Part shown: positions 39,733-50,247 of the stretch, piece by piece | How the letters are laid out: the number at the start of each line of letters is the position of its first letter | Numbering within the stretch: the first letter of the stretch is position 1 | Origin: Paraburkholderia sp. | GTDB lineage: Bacteria; Pseudomonadota; Gammaproteobacteria; Burkholderiales; Burkholderiaceae | Reading direction: 5' to 3' | Length of the DNA stretch: 64,000 bases | Assembly (NCBI RefSeq): GCF_050742655.1 | Contig: NZ_JBOIGG010000017.1 | Span: 10,144 to 74,143 of the forward strand | Translations under genes and position numbers: made by a program | Notes under the pieces: model-generated | What the model saw: only the letters and a program-made list of their open reading frames with translations | What the model was told of the DNA's origin: nothing | The model's database searches: none

Positions 39733-41547
39733 TCACACCGCTTGCGTGCGCGCGTCGAGCCACGCCTTCGCGTCGCCCGACACATGCGGCGATACGCGCG
39801 TGCGCACCGTCTCGTGATACGCATTCAGCCACGCGCGCTCGTCGTCGCGCAACCGCTCCAGCGCGAGGCACCGCGTGTCGATCGGGCACAGCGTCAGCGT
39901 CTCGAACTTCAGGAAATCGCCAAACTCGGTCTGCTCGGCCTCACGGTTCAGCACGAGGTTCTCGATCCGCACGCCCCACTTGCCGGGTCGGTACAGGCCC
40001 GGCTCGATCGACGTGATCATCCCCTCTTCCATCGCGGTCCACGATTCGGCGGCCGCGTAGTGCGCGATCACCTGCGGGCCTTCGTGCACGTTCAGGAAAT
40101 AGCCGACGCCATGGCCGGTGCCATGACCGTAGTCCGCGCCCGCTTCCCAGATCGGCGCACGCGCGATCGCATCAAGCATCGGCGAGCGGATGCCGCGCGG
40201 GAACTGCGCGCGCGACAGCGCCATCGTGCCTTTGAGCACCGTCGTGAAGTCGTGCCGCTGCGCGTCGCTGATCGTGCCGACAGGCACGACCCGCGTGATG
40301 TCCGTCGTGCCGCTCAGGTACTGGCCGCCCGAATCGATCAGCAGCAGACCATTGCCTTCGATCGTCGCATGCGCCTCCGGCGTCGCGCGGTAGTGCGGCA
40401 TCGCGCCGTTCGCGTTGAAGCCCGCGATGGTCGCGAAGCTCAGCGACTTGAAGCCGGGCCGGCGCGCGCGGGCCGCGGTGAGGCGCTCGTCGATGGTCAG
40501 CTCGGTGACCTTCTCGCGGCCGAGCGCGTTTTCGAACCACGCGAAGAACTCGGCGAGCGCCGCGCCGTCCTGCTCCATCGTCGCGCGAATGTGCTCCGCT
40601 TCGGTGTCGGTCTTGCGCGACTTGAAGAACGTGGACGGGTTCACGGCTTCGATCAGCTTCACCGTCGACGGCACCGACTGCAACACGCCGAACGTGATCC
40701 GCCGCGGGTCGATCAGCAGCGTCGCGCCGGCGGGCAGCGCCATCAGCGCGGCGGTCGCGTGCGCATACGGCTCGACCCGCACGCCGTCGCGTGCGAGCGA
40801 CGCCGCGAGCCCGTCCGGCACCTTGCCGCCGGACACGAACAGCGTCGCGCGATCGAGGCCGATCAGCGCATGCGCGACGAACACCGGGTTGTAGTTCACG
40901 TCCGCGCCGCGCAGATTGAACAACCACGCGAGGTCGTCGAGCGTCGAGATCAGATGCCACTGCGCGCCCTTTTCCTGCATCGCGCGGCGCACCTGACCCA
41001 GCTTGTCGGCGCGCGCGACGCTCGCGTGCGGCGCCACGTGTTCGTAGACGGCATCAGTGGGCAGCGTGGGGCGCTGCGGCCAGATCGTTTCGAGCAGGTC
41101 GACGTCGGTACGCAGGCGGACGCCGCGCGCGGTCAGCGCATCGGTCAGCGCGCGCGCGGCGGCCACGCCGAGCACCGCGCCGTCGGCGCCCACCGTGCCG
41201 CCGGTCGCGACGTTCTGCGCAAGCCAGTCGATGTGCGGTGCGCTGTGCTGGCCCTCGGTCATCTTCATCAACTGCACGCCGGTGCCGCCCAGCTGCTCGT
41301 CGGCCTGCACCCAGTAGCGGCTGTCGGTCCATACCCCGGCGAATTTGTCGGTGACGACCAGCGTGCCCGCCGACCCGGTGAAACCGGATAGCCATTCGCG
41401 GCCCTGCCAGCGGCCGGGCAAATACTCGGACAGATGCGGATCGGCGGAAGGCACCAGATACGCGGCGAGCCCTTCGCGGGCCATCGCACCACGCAGCTCG
41501 GCGATGCGCTCGGGGATCGAGGAGATTTTCGGAAGACGGGCATTCAT
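39733..41547 (-). CDS. aminopeptidase P family (M24B) Xaa-Pro aminopeptidase
   Basis: SGFTGSAG, LLIDSGGQY..GTTDITR, YGHGTGHGVG..LNVHEGPQ, SIEPGLY and RIEN motifs. Confidence 0.94.
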   Translation of the reverse strand: MNARLPKISSIPERIAELRGAMAREGLAAYLVPSADPHLSEYLPGRWQGREWLSGFTGSAGTLVVTDKFAGVWTDSRYWVQADEQLGGTGVQLMKMTEGQHSAPHIDWLAQNVATGGTVGADGAVLGVAAARALTDALTARGVRLRTDVDLLETIWPQRPTLPTDAVYEHVAPHASVARADKLGQVRRAMQEKGAQWHLISTLDDLAWLFNLRGADVNYNPVFVAHALIGLDRATLFVSGGKVPDGLAASLARDGVRVEPYAHATAALMALPAGATLLIDPRRITFGVLQSVPSTVKLIEAVNPSTFFKSRKTDTEAEHIRATMEQDGAALAEFFAWFENALGREKVTELTIDERLTAARARRPGFKSLSFATIAGFNANGAMPHYRATPEAHATIEGNGLLLIDSGGQYLSGTTDITRVVPVGTISDAQRHDFTTVLKGTMALSRAQFPRGIRSPMLDAIARAPIWEAGADYGHGTGHGVGYFLNVHEGPQVIAHYAAAESWTAMEEGMITSIEPGLYRPGKWGVRIENLVLNREAEQTEFGDFLKFETLTLCPIDTRCLALERLRDDERAWLNAYHETVRTRVSPHVSGDAKAWLDARTQAV

Positions 41548-41566
41548 CGGATTCACCTGCAAGCGT

Positions 41567-41821
41567 TCATCGTCGGGGGAACATGCCGACCGTCACGGCG
41601 ACGGCGATCAGCGAGACAGCCGTACACACCGGCCATTCGAGCAGGTCGCCATCATGAAAGAGGCCAGTCACGTTGCCGGCCATCAGGCCGAACGCCGCGC
41701 CAGCGACGCCGGCCGTGACCGCCATCCACCAGCGGGCGCGGCTCGCGCGGCGTAGCGGATGCAGCCATCCGCCGGCGAGCCCCACTGCGACGCCGAGCAC
41801 CAGAATGCCGAACCAGCCCAT
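41567..41821 (-). CDS. GlsB/YeaQ/YmgE (transglycosylase-associated) small membrane protein
   Basis: MGWFGILVLGVAVGLAG, a Gly-rich 3-TM pattern. Start moved to ATG 41821. Confidence 0.6.
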   Translation of the reverse strand: MGWFGILVLGVAVGLAGGWLHPLRRASRARWWMAVTAGVAGAAFGLMAGNVTGLFHDGDLLEWPVCTAVSLIAVAVTVGMFPRR

Positions 41822-42373
41822 CAGCGAACCTCGCCGCCGTACGGGCCGGTCGGAGGAGCGGGCGTCGCGTCCCCGGATAACATCGTTCTCTCTTTCATTG
41901 AAGGTCGGCACCGCTGGTGACGATTATTCGTTTTACGCAGCGGTTCTGTTTAGTGTTCCATTCTCTGTGGACAGTCCACGCGGCCGGATATGGACCGTGT
42001 GATCGACGCGGTCGGACCGACCGGAACGCGGTAGCGCGTGTGGCTGCCAGACCCCGATCTTCTCACGACCAGCGCCCCAACAGCCAATCGGCGGGGCGCA
42101 ACTTTCTTCCAAAGTAAGACGAATCAGAAACAGCCACTACGAAAATCGGTTCCGCGGCGGAACGTCGTGGTCGGGTCGGGGGTGGCTGGGCACCCCGGCC
42201 AGGTCGTGGCAATCGGCCCTCATGGTTGCCAGGCGCGGCTTTCGCGGCAGCGCCCGCGGGCCGCTCCGCGCAAGGCGGAGCGCCGGTGGCGCCCCTGCGG
42301 CAAGGGAATCGGCGGGATGGACTGAAAGAAACGCGGAAAAGCTATAATATTGGCCGCAACCATAGCCCCGCAT

Positions 42374-43660
42374 ATGCAGCTTCTAACGATCGGAATCAAT
42401 CACCACACCGCGCCCGTCGCCTTGCGCGAACGCGTGGCGTTTCCGCTCGAACAGATCAAGCCTGCCCTTGCGACGTTCAAGGACGTGTGGCTGGGCCGCA
42501 CCGCCCGCACGGCGCCCGAAGCGGCGATCCTGTCCACCTGCAACCGCACCGAGCTCTACTGCGCGACCGACGACCAGACGGCCCGCGAAGCCGCGATCCA
42601 GTGGTTGTCGAAGTACCACAACCTCCCCGTCGACGAACTCGCGCCGCACATGTACGCGCTGCCGCAGTCGGAAGCGGTACGGCATGCGTTTCGAGTCGCG
42701 TCCGGGCTCGACTCGATGGTGCTCGGCGAAACCCAGATCCTCGGCCAGATGAAGGATGCGGTGCGCACCGCATCGGAAGCCGGCGCGCTCGGCACCTACC
42801 TCAACCAGTTGTTCCAGCGCACGTTCGCGGTCGCGAAGGAAGTACGCGGCACGACCGAGATCGGCGCGCAGTCGGTATCGATGGCCGCGGCCGCGGTGCG
42901 GCTCGCGCAGCGCATCTTCGACAGGATCTCGAACCAGCGCGTGCTGTTCATCGGCGCGGGCGAAATGATCGAGCTGTGCGCGACGCACTTCGCCGCGCAG
43001 CAGCCGCGCGAACTGGTGGTCGCGAACCGCACCGCCGAACGCGGCTCGCGGCTCGCTGAACGCTTCAACGGCCGGGCCATTCCGCTCGCCGAACTGCCCA
43101 CGCGGTTGCACGAGTTCGACATCGTCGTGTCGTGCACCGCGTCGACGCTGCCGATCATCGGCTTGGGCGCGGTCGAGCGCGCGGTGAAGGCGCGCCGCCA
43201 CCGGCCGATCTTCATGGTCGACCTCGCCGTGCCGCGCGACATCGAACCGGAAGTCGGCCAGCTCGAAGACGTGTTCCTGTACACCGTCGACGATCTCGGC
43301 GCGATCGTTCGTGAAGGCAACGCGTCGCGTCAGGCCGCGGTCGCGCAGGCCGAAGCGATCATCGAAACGCGCGTGCAGAACTTCATGCAATGGCTCGACG
43401 CGCGCAGCATCGTGCCGGTCATCAAGCACATGCACACGCAAGCCGACGCGCTGCGCCGCGCCGAAGTCGAACGCGCGCTGAAGATGCTCGCGCGCGGCGA
43501 CGATCCGGCCGCGGTGCTCGAAGCGCTGTCGCAATCGCTGACCAATAAATTGATCCACGGCCCCACGCACGCGCTCAATCGCGCGAGCGGCACGGACCGC
43601 GACTCGCTCATCGACCTGCTGGGCGGCTTCTACAAACACTCCGGCTCCTCGGAGCGTTAG
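42374..43660 (+). CDS. hemA: glutamyl-tRNA reductase
   Basis: [35 protein letters not shown] and IGAGEMI motifs. Confidence 0.97.
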   Translation: MQLLTIGINHHTAPVALRERVAFPLEQIKPALATFKDVWLGRTARTAPEAAILSTCNRTELYCATDDQTAREAAIQWLSKYHNLPVDELAPHMYALPQSEAVRHAFRVASGLDSMVLGETQILGQMKDAVRTASEAGALGTYLNQLFQRTFAVAKEVRGTTEIGAQSVSMAAAAVRLAQRIFDRISNQRVLFIGAGEMIELCATHFAAQQPRELVVANRTAERGSRLAERFNGRAIPLAELPTRLHEFDIVVSCTASTLPIIGLGAVERAVKARRHRPIFMVDLAVPRDIEPEVGQLEDVFLYTVDDLGAIVREGNASRQAAVAQAEAIIETRVQNFMQWLDARSIVPVIKHMHTQADALRRAEVERALKMLARGDDPAAVLEALSQSLTNKLIHGPTHALNRASGTDRDSLIDLLGGFYKHSGSSER

Positions 43661-43780
43661 CGGCGCTCCCCCGCCGTCGCGCGCATCCCCGCGCACTTGC
43701 CCGGCGCCCGTTCAGGGCCCGCGCACCGTACCCGATTCCACTCCACTGTCGCCCTTTCCGGAACACGTTCCGACCGACCG

Positions 43781-44863
43781 ATGAAAACGAGCATGCAACG
43801 CAAGCTCGACCAGCTCACTATCCGGCTGGCCGAACTGAACGACCTGTTGAGCCGCGAAGACATCACGGCCAATCTCGACCAGTACCGCAAGCTCACCCGC
43901 GAGCATGCGGAACTCGGTCCGGTCGTCGAGCAGTACGCGCACTGGCGCCAGGCCGCCGGCGACGCGACGACCGCGCAGGAACTGCTCGCCGATCCGTCGA
44001 TGCGCGACTTCGCCGAAGAGGAAATCCGCGCGGCGCGCGAACGGATGGAACAGCTCGCCGGCGAACTGCAGAAGATGCTGCTGCCGAAAGATCCGAACGA
44101 CGACCGCAACATCTTCGTCGAAATCCGCGCGGGCACCGGCGGCGACGAATCGGCGCTGTTCGCGGGCGATCTGCTGCGGATGTACCTGCGCTATGCGGAA
44201 CGCAATCGCTGGCAGGTCGAGATGATGTCGGCGAGTGAATCGGACCTCGGCGGCTACAAGGAAGTGATCGTGCGGATCGCGGGCGAGGCGGCGTATTCGA
44301 AGCTCAAGTTCGAATCCGGCGGACACCGCGTGCAACGCGTGCCGGCCACCGAAACGCAGGGGCGCATCCATACGTCCGCGTGCACGGTCGCCGTGATGCC
44401 CGAGGCCGACGAAATCGGCGAGGTCGAAATCAATCCGGCCGATCTGCGGATCGACACGTTCCGCGCATCGGGCGCGGGCGGGCAGCACATCAACAAGACC
44501 GATTCGGCGGTGCGCGTCACGCACATCCCGACGGGGATCGTCGTCGAATGCCAGGACGACCGCTCGCAGCACAAGAACAAGGACCGCGCGCTGAAGGTGC
44601 TCGCGGCGCGCATCAAGGACCGGCAGTACCAGGAGCAGCACGCGAAGGAAGCGGCGACGCGCAAGAGTCTCGTCGGCTCGGGCGACCGCTCGGAGCGCAT
44701 CCGCACGTATAACTTTCCGCAGGGGCGCCTCACCGATCACCGGATCAACCTGACGCTGTACCGGCTCGACGCGCTGATGGACGGCGATCTCGACGAACTG
44801 ATCGCCGCGCTCGTCAGCGAGCATCAAGCGGAACTGCTCGCGTCGCTCGGCGACGCCGACTGA
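43781..44863 (+). CDS. prfA: peptide chain release factor 1
   Basis: [30 protein letters not shown] (GGQ) and [12 protein letters not shown] motifs. Follows hemA. Confidence 0.98.
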   Translation: MKTSMQRKLDQLTIRLAELNDLLSREDITANLDQYRKLTREHAELGPVVEQYAHWRQAAGDATTAQELLADPSMRDFAEEEIRAARERMEQLAGELQKMLLPKDPNDDRNIFVEIRAGTGGDESALFAGDLLRMYLRYAERNRWQVEMMSASESDLGGYKEVIVRIAGEAAYSKLKFESGGHRVQRVPATETQGRIHTSACTVAVMPEADEIGEVEINPADLRIDTFRASGAGGQHINKTDSAVRVTHIPTGIVVECQDDRSQHKNKDRALKVLAARIKDRQYQEQHAKEAATRKSLVGSGDRSERIRTYNFPQGRLTDHRINLTLYRLDALMDGDLDELIAALVSEHQAELLASLGDAD

Positions 44864-44870
44864 CACAACC

Positions 44871-45713
44871 ATGGATACCGCCGCCGCCCTGCTGCGCGCG
44901 TCGCCGTTGCCGGCGCTCGAAGCGCGCGTCCTGCTCGGGCATGCGCTCGGCTGGCGCCGCACGGAACTGATCACGCGCGCCGACGAAGCACTCGATGCGA
45001 CCGCCGTCCTGCGTTACCGCGCGCTCGAAGCACGTCGCGTCGCAGGCGAACCGGTCGCGCAGCTGGTCGGCACACGCGAATTCTTCGGACTCGATTTCGA
45101 CGTCACGCCCGACGTGCTGATCCCACGGCCGGAAACCGAGCTGCTGGTGGAAACCGCGCTGGCAGCCCTTGATGGCCGGCGCATGCCCCGCGTGCTCGAC
45201 CTCGGTACCGGCAGCGGTGCGATCGCGGTCGCGATCGCCGCATCGCGGCCCGACGCGCAGGTTTGCGCGACCGACCGCTCGACGCAGGCGCTCGCGGTCG
45301 CGACGCGCAACGGCGCGCGGCTCGTCGATCCGCGCCGACCGGGCGGTCCGCTGCGCTTCGTCCAGGGCGACTGGTACTCGGCTTTCGATTCGGCTGCGGA
45401 AGCGCCGTTCGACGTGATCGTCAGCAATCCGCCGTATATCGCGGACGGCGACCCGCATCTGACGCAGGGCGACCTGCGCTTCGAGCCCCGCGGCGCGCTC
45501 ACCGATGAAGCCGACGGTCTGTCGGCGATCCGCGCGATCGTGGCAGGCGCGCCGTCGCGACTCGTGGCGGGCGGCGCGCTGTGGATCGAGCACGGCTACG
45601 ACCAGGCGGCCGCCGTGCGGGCGCTGCTCGCGGCGGCCGGGCTGCGCGACGTCCGGTCGGCGTGCGATCTCGCGGGCATCGAGCGGATCAGCGGCGGGCT
45701 CGCCAGCACGTGA
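44871..45713 (+). CDS. prmC: release factor glutamine methyltransferase
   Basis: VLIPRPETE, LDLGTGSG, SNPPY and EHGYDQ motifs. Confidence 0.96.
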   Translation: MDTAAALLRASPLPALEARVLLGHALGWRRTELITRADEALDATAVLRYRALEARRVAGEPVAQLVGTREFFGLDFDVTPDVLIPRPETELLVETALAALDGRRMPRVLDLGTGSGAIAVAIAASRPDAQVCATDRSTQALAVATRNGARLVDPRRPGGPLRFVQGDWYSAFDSAAEAPFDVIVSNPPYIADGDPHLTQGDLRFEPRGALTDEADGLSAIRAIVAGAPSRLVAGGALWIEHGYDQAAAVRALLAAAGLRDVRSACDLAGIERISGGLAST

Positions 45714-45809
45714 ACGCAGGCGCCTGAACCCGGCCGCCGGCTAGCTGTAACGAAATCCGCTATCATTTCAGCCTAACCCCCACCATTTCGGAACCGCAAG
45801 GTCAGTCTC

Positions 45810-46121
45810 ATGGACACGCAACAACGCATCAAGCAAATCGTCGACGAAAACGCCGTCGTGCTCTTCATGAAGGGCACCGCGCAATTTCCGATGTGCGGCT
45901 TCTCGGGCCGCGCGATCCAGATCCTGAAGGCATGCGGCGTCGACGAACTGAAAACCGTCAACGTCCTCGAGGACGACGGCGTCCGCCAGGGCATCAAGGA
46001 ATTCTCGAACTGGCCGACCATCCCGCAGTTGTACGTGAAGGGCGAATTCGTCGGCGGCTCGGACATCATGATGGAGATGTACCAGTCGGGCGAACTGCAG
46101 CAGCTGTTCGCCGCCGCCTGA
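45810..46121 (+). CDS. grxD: monothiol glutaredoxin Grx4
   Basis: LFMKG..QFP.CGFS and [17 protein letters not shown] motifs. Confidence 0.97.
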   Translation: MDTQQRIKQIVDENAVVLFMKGTAQFPMCGFSGRAIQILKACGVDELKTVNVLEDDGVRQGIKEFSNWPTIPQLYVKGEFVGGSDIMMEMYQSGELQQLFAAA

Positions 46122-46147
46122 GCGGCGCGTCGACTGCTGTTGTCCGC

Positions 46148-46768
46148 ATGACGGTGCCGCTCCCCTCGACGCCACAGGCCGCGGCACCGCGCCGGCTGAT
46201 CGTCGCGATCACCGGCGCGACCGGCGCCATCTACGGCGTCCGGCTTCTTGAAACGCTGCGCCGTATCGGCGGCGTGCAATCCCATCTGCTGATTTCCAGC
46301 GCGGGCTGGCTCAACGTCCGGCATGAGCTGCAGTTGTCGAAAGACGACGTGCATGCGCTCGCCGACGTGGTCCATCCGGTGCGCGACGTCGGTGCGAGCA
46401 TCGCGTCGGGCTCGTTCACGACCGACGGCATGATCGTCGCGCCGTGCTCGATGAAAACGCTCGCGAGCATCGCGCACGGCTTCTCGGACAACCTGATCAC
46501 GCGCGCCGCCGACGTCACGCTGAAAGAGCGGCGCCGGCTCGTGCTGATGGTCCGCGAAACGCCGCTCAATCTCGCGCATCTGCGCAACATGACCGCCGTG
46601 ACCGAAATGGGCGGAATAATCTTTCCGCCGCTGCCGGCGTTCTACAACGCGCCCACGTCGATCGACGAGATGGTCGATCACACCGTCGCGCGCGTGCTGG
46701 ATCTGTTCGCGCTCGGCCCGGCGCTCGCGCCCGCGTGGCAGGGCCTGCGTTCGGGCGACGACGAGTAA
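46148..46768 (+). CDS. ubiX: flavin prenyltransferase UbiX
   Basis: ITGATGA.YG, IASGSF, APCSMKTL, RAADV.LKERR and RETPL motifs. Confidence 0.94.
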   Translation: MTVPLPSTPQAAAPRRLIVAITGATGAIYGVRLLETLRRIGGVQSHLLISSAGWLNVRHELQLSKDDVHALADVVHPVRDVGASIASGSFTTDGMIVAPCSMKTLASIAHGFSDNLITRAADVTLKERRRLVLMVRETPLNLAHLRNMTAVTEMGGIIFPPLPAFYNAPTSIDEMVDHTVARVLDLFALGPALAPAWQGLRSGDDE

Positions 46769-46985
46769 GCGCAGCAGTCAACGGCGGAACGATCGGCGCG
46801 CAACCGCAAGCGGGACGCCGCGTCCCTGTGCAGGTCTCGCCCTCGCCCTGGTACATGCCCACTGCGCTCTCGATTCGCAACACCAGCGACACAATCAAAT
46901 CCACTTTCGACTGTTTATCCGCTGGCGGTTCGCCTCTATATTCAAGGCAATCGAACTCTTACGCCGCGTCCATCGCGGTGCTGCC

Positions 46986-47771
46986 ATGAACCGCCTGCCT
47001 ACCCTCTTCCTGTCGCACGGCGCACCGACGCTGCCGATCGACCCGTCGCTGCCGTCCGGCGAATTCGCCGTGCTGTCGGCGCAGTTGCCGCGTCCCGAGT
47101 CGATCCTGATGCTATCGGCGCACTGGGGCACCGCTGCGCCGGTCGCGAGCACCGCGGAACGCCCGGAGACGATTCACGATTTCTACGGTTTTCCGCGCGC
47201 GCTCTATGAGATCGAGTACGCGGCGCCCGGGGCGCCCGACGTCGCGCGCCGCGCCGCCGCGCTGCTCGATGCGCACGGTGTGGCCACTGCGACGCAGCCG
47301 CACGGACTCGATCACGGCGCGTGGGTGCCGATGCTGCTGATGTTCCCCGCCGCCGACATTCCAGTCGCCCAGCTGTCGATCCAGCCGCACATGGACGCCG
47401 CGCATCACTTCCGCGTCGGCCGGGCGCTGCGCGCGTTGAAGGACGACGGCGTGATGGTGATCGGCTCCGGCCAGATCACGCACAACCTGCGCGCCGCCGA
47501 TTTTTCCGCGCGACCAGAGGATGCCGATCCGCGCGTCGCCGAATTCACCGACTGGTTCGAGGACCGGCTGGCCGGGCGCGACATCGACGCGCTGCTCGAC
47601 TACCGGAACCGCGCGCCGCACGCCGCGCTGATGCATCCGACCGACGAGCATCTGCTGCCGGTGTTCGCCGCGCTCGGCGCCGCCGATGACGACTACACGC
47701 TGCAGATCCAGTCGCTTGGCACGTATCAGCGCGCGCTCGCGATGACCAACTACGTGTTCGGTAACGCTTAA
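46986..47771 (+). CDS. DODA/LigB-type extradiol dioxygenase (YgiD-like)
   Basis: LFLSHGAP, HDFYGFP..LY, GLDHGAWVP, IGSG.ITHNL and HPTDEHLLP motifs. Confidence 0.9.
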   Translation: MNRLPTLFLSHGAPTLPIDPSLPSGEFAVLSAQLPRPESILMLSAHWGTAAPVASTAERPETIHDFYGFPRALYEIEYAAPGAPDVARRAAALLDAHGVATATQPHGLDHGAWVPMLLMFPAADIPVAQLSIQPHMDAAHHFRVGRALRALKDDGVMVIGSGQITHNLRAADFSARPEDADPRVAEFTDWFEDRLAGRDIDALLDYRNRAPHAALMHPTDEHLLPVFAALGAADDDYTLQIQSLGTYQRALAMTNYVFGNA

Positions 47772-47796
47772 GCGCGCGAAGTCCAGCGGATAACAA

Positions 47797-47828
47797 AAAG
47801 CCCGCCTGACGTGAGTCAGGCGGGCTTT
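47797..47828. terminator. bidirectional intrinsic terminator
   Basis: AAAGCCCGCCTGAC-gtga-GTCAGGCGGGCTTT, a perfect 14-bp stem between convergent genes. Confidence 0.85.
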
Positions 47829-47862
47829 GTTTTTATTGCGTCGCAGTCGGACGCCGTCGGAA

Positions 47863-49473
47863 TCAGGCGCCAATGCCTTCGAGGATATCGTCCTGGTTCT
47901 CGCGCTCGTCGAGATAGTCGGTGCGATAGCCGGTATGCACGCCCCAGTAGTAGAAAATCAGCGCGCAAACGATCACCACCAGCATGTCCCAGCCGTACGG
48001 CAGCACATTGCGGCCGCCGAACTGCTTGCTGCCGATCAGCGACAGGATCGCCATCACCGGCAGATAGGCGACGAGCCACCACGCCGCCTTCAGATCTTTG
48101 CCCCAACCGGCAAAGGTTGTCTTCGACTGGTAGTAGAAGTACACCGGCAGCGCGACGATCATCAGCAGGATGATTTCGCCCGTCAGCGGCCACTTGGCCC
48201 AGTACAGGATCAGCGATGCGCAGACGAACGCAAACGGCGCGATGAACTGCATGCCCGGAATGTGCAGCGGACGCTCGAGATCGGTGGCCGCGCGACGCAG
48301 CGACATCAGGCTGATCGGGCCGGTCAGGTACGAGATCACGGTCGCCACCGAGATCACAGCCGCGAGCGAACTCCAGCCACGGAAAAAGAACAGGAAGATG
48401 AACGACACGAGCAGGTTGAACCACATCGCCTGACGCGGCACGCCGTAGAACGGGTGCACGTTGCCGAAGATCTTCGGCATCGTGTTGTTGCGCTCCATCG
48501 CGTAGATCATCCGCGTAGTCGTCGCCATGTAGGTCGTGCCGGTGCCGCTCGGGCTGACGAACGCATCGACGTACAGCAGGATCGCGAGCCAGTTCAGGTT
48601 CAGCGCGATCGCCAGTTCGGCGAACGGCGACGCGAAGTTGAAGTGGCTCCAGCCCTTCAGCACGTCGGCCGGATTCACCGCGCCGATGTACGCGATCTGC
48701 AGCAGCACGTAGATCACGAGCGCCAGCAGGATCGAGCCGATCACCGCGAACGGCACGCTCTTCGCGGGATTGCGGGCCTCACCGGCCAGGTTGATCGGGC
48801 TCTGGAAGCCGTTGAACGCGAACACGATGCCGCTCGTCGCGACCGCGGTGAACACCGCGGACCAGCCGTACGGTGCGAACGTGCTGGCCGTCGCGGCCGT
48901 GCCGAACGTGCCGAAGTTCTCGTGATGGAAGCCCGTCAGCATCAGACCGAGGATCGTCGCGCCCGGAATGATGAACTTGAAGACGGTGATCGCCGAATTG
49001 GCGCGCGCGAACAGTTTGACGCCCCAGTAGTTCAGCAGGAAGTAGATGATCACGAGCACTGCGGAAAGCAGTAGCCCTAGCGTCGTGAGCGATCCGTTGA
49101 CGAACAGGTCATGCGCCCACTGGTATGGCCAGGTGCTCATGTACTGGATCGACGCTTCCGCTTCGATCGGAATCACCGACACGATCGCGATCCAGTTGGC
49201 CCATGCGCTGATGAAGCCCACCAGCGCGCCGTGCGAATAGCGCGCGTAGCGCACCATGCCGCCCGACTCCGGAAACATCGCGCCGAGTTCGGCGTACGTC
49301 AGGGCAATCGCGAGAATCACGACCGCACCGATGACCCACGCACAAATTGACGCGGGCCCTGCAATCTTTGCCGCCTTCCAGGCGCCGAACAGCCAGCCCG
49401 ACCCGATGATCGAGCCGAGACCGGTCAGCATCAGCGCGATCGGTCCGATGTTCCGTTGAATTGAGCTCTTCAC
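47863..49473 (-). CDS. APC family amino acid permease
   Basis: GSIIGSGWLFG, YAELGAMFPESGG and FAFNGFQ....AGE..NP motifs. GTG start at 49473 with AGGAGA Shine-Dalgarno. Confidence 0.92.
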   Translation of the reverse strand: MKSSIQRNIGPIALMLTGLGSIIGSGWLFGAWKAAKIAGPASICAWVIGAVVILAIALTYAELGAMFPESGGMVRYARYSHGALVGFISAWANWIAIVSVIPIEAEASIQYMSTWPYQWAHDLFVNGSLTTLGLLLSAVLVIIYFLLNYWGVKLFARANSAITVFKFIIPGATILGLMLTGFHHENFGTFGTAATASTFAPYGWSAVFTAVATSGIVFAFNGFQSPINLAGEARNPAKSVPFAVIGSILLALVIYVLLQIAYIGAVNPADVLKGWSHFNFASPFAELAIALNLNWLAILLYVDAFVSPSGTGTTYMATTTRMIYAMERNNTMPKIFGNVHPFYGVPRQAMWFNLLVSFIFLFFFRGWSSLAAVISVATVISYLTGPISLMSLRRAATDLERPLHIPGMQFIAPFAFVCASLILYWAKWPLTGEIILLMIVALPVYFYYQSKTTFAGWGKDLKAAWWLVAYLPVMAILSLIGSKQFGGRNVLPYGWDMLVVIVCALIFYYWGVHTGYRTDYLDERENQDDILEGIGA

Positions 49474-49915
49474 GTCTTCTCCTGTATTCGAGTACCTGCG
49501 GTCTCTGTCTTGTGTCGCCTCGTCCTGCTCTGTGAATCGTCTCCCGGCGACAGACCAGCATGCATGGGGCTTATCCGCTGAATGGGTGCAACCGCCACGC
49601 GGCGCGTAGTTTAACGGTTGCACCAGATCATTGCAGTCGAAATGCGGGTTGTCCCTACAAAAAAATCAGGCAAATAGCAAGCTTTGTAAGCAAGACCCGA
49701 GCCATCCGTAAAAAACCCCCGCGCGTTACTGGGATTGAGTTGACCTTCGAACGAAATATCCGTATAACGGACGGGCAGGATTTCAAGCGGCGAGTGAATT
49801 GGTCTTTCGTAGTTCGCCCATCAACGGTACTCCGGTTGGTCCCATTACCCCCTTCCTTGATTTTCATGCACCCCACGGGCTTCGGCCTTATTTATCATCT
49901 TTAGGAACAAGTAAT

Positions 49916-50119
49916 ATGGAAACCGGTACCGTCAAGTGGTTCAATGACGCAAAGGGCTTTGGCTTCATCACTCCCGACGGCGGCGGCGAAGATCTGTTCG
50001 CGCATTTCTCGGAAATCCGCACGGAAGGCTTCAAGACGCTGCAAGAAAACCAGAAGGTGTCGTTTGAAGTGAAGACGGGCCCGAAGGGCAAGCAAGCCGC
50101 TAACATCAAGCCGGTGTAA
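49916..50119 (+). CDS. cold-shock protein (CspA family)
   Basis: [18 protein letters not shown] (RNP1) and LFAHFSEI (RNP2); 67 aa. Confidence 0.97.
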   Translation: METGTVKWFNDAKGFGFITPDGGGEDLFAHFSEIRTEGFKTLQENQKVSFEVKTGPKGKQAANIKPV

Positions 50120-50147
50120 GCAGCAACGCTTCCCTCAGGACGCAAAG

Positions 50148-50175
50148 AAAAACCCCGCCTCGGCGGGGTTTTTTT
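50148..50175. terminator. intrinsic terminator after csp gene
   Basis: AAAAACCCCGC-ctcg-GCGGGGTTTTTTT. Confidence 0.9.
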
Positions 50176-50247
50176 ATTGGTCCCGCTTATTGGCTACGCT
50201 GACCACGCGATTAACCGCGGCACAGAGAAACGAGACTCCCGCGTATC

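Noticed and set aside
41917-42373. Structured GC-rich spacer upstream of hemA as an ncRNA or small ORF (42137-42373 -)
   Set aside because: Several hairpins are present, but that is expected at this GC content. There is no recognisable riboswitch core and the ORF lacks motifs or a Shine-Dalgarno.
46769-46985. Small gene between ubiX and the dioxygenase
   Set aside because: The candidate ORFs overlap neighbouring genes and lack a convincing start or motifs.
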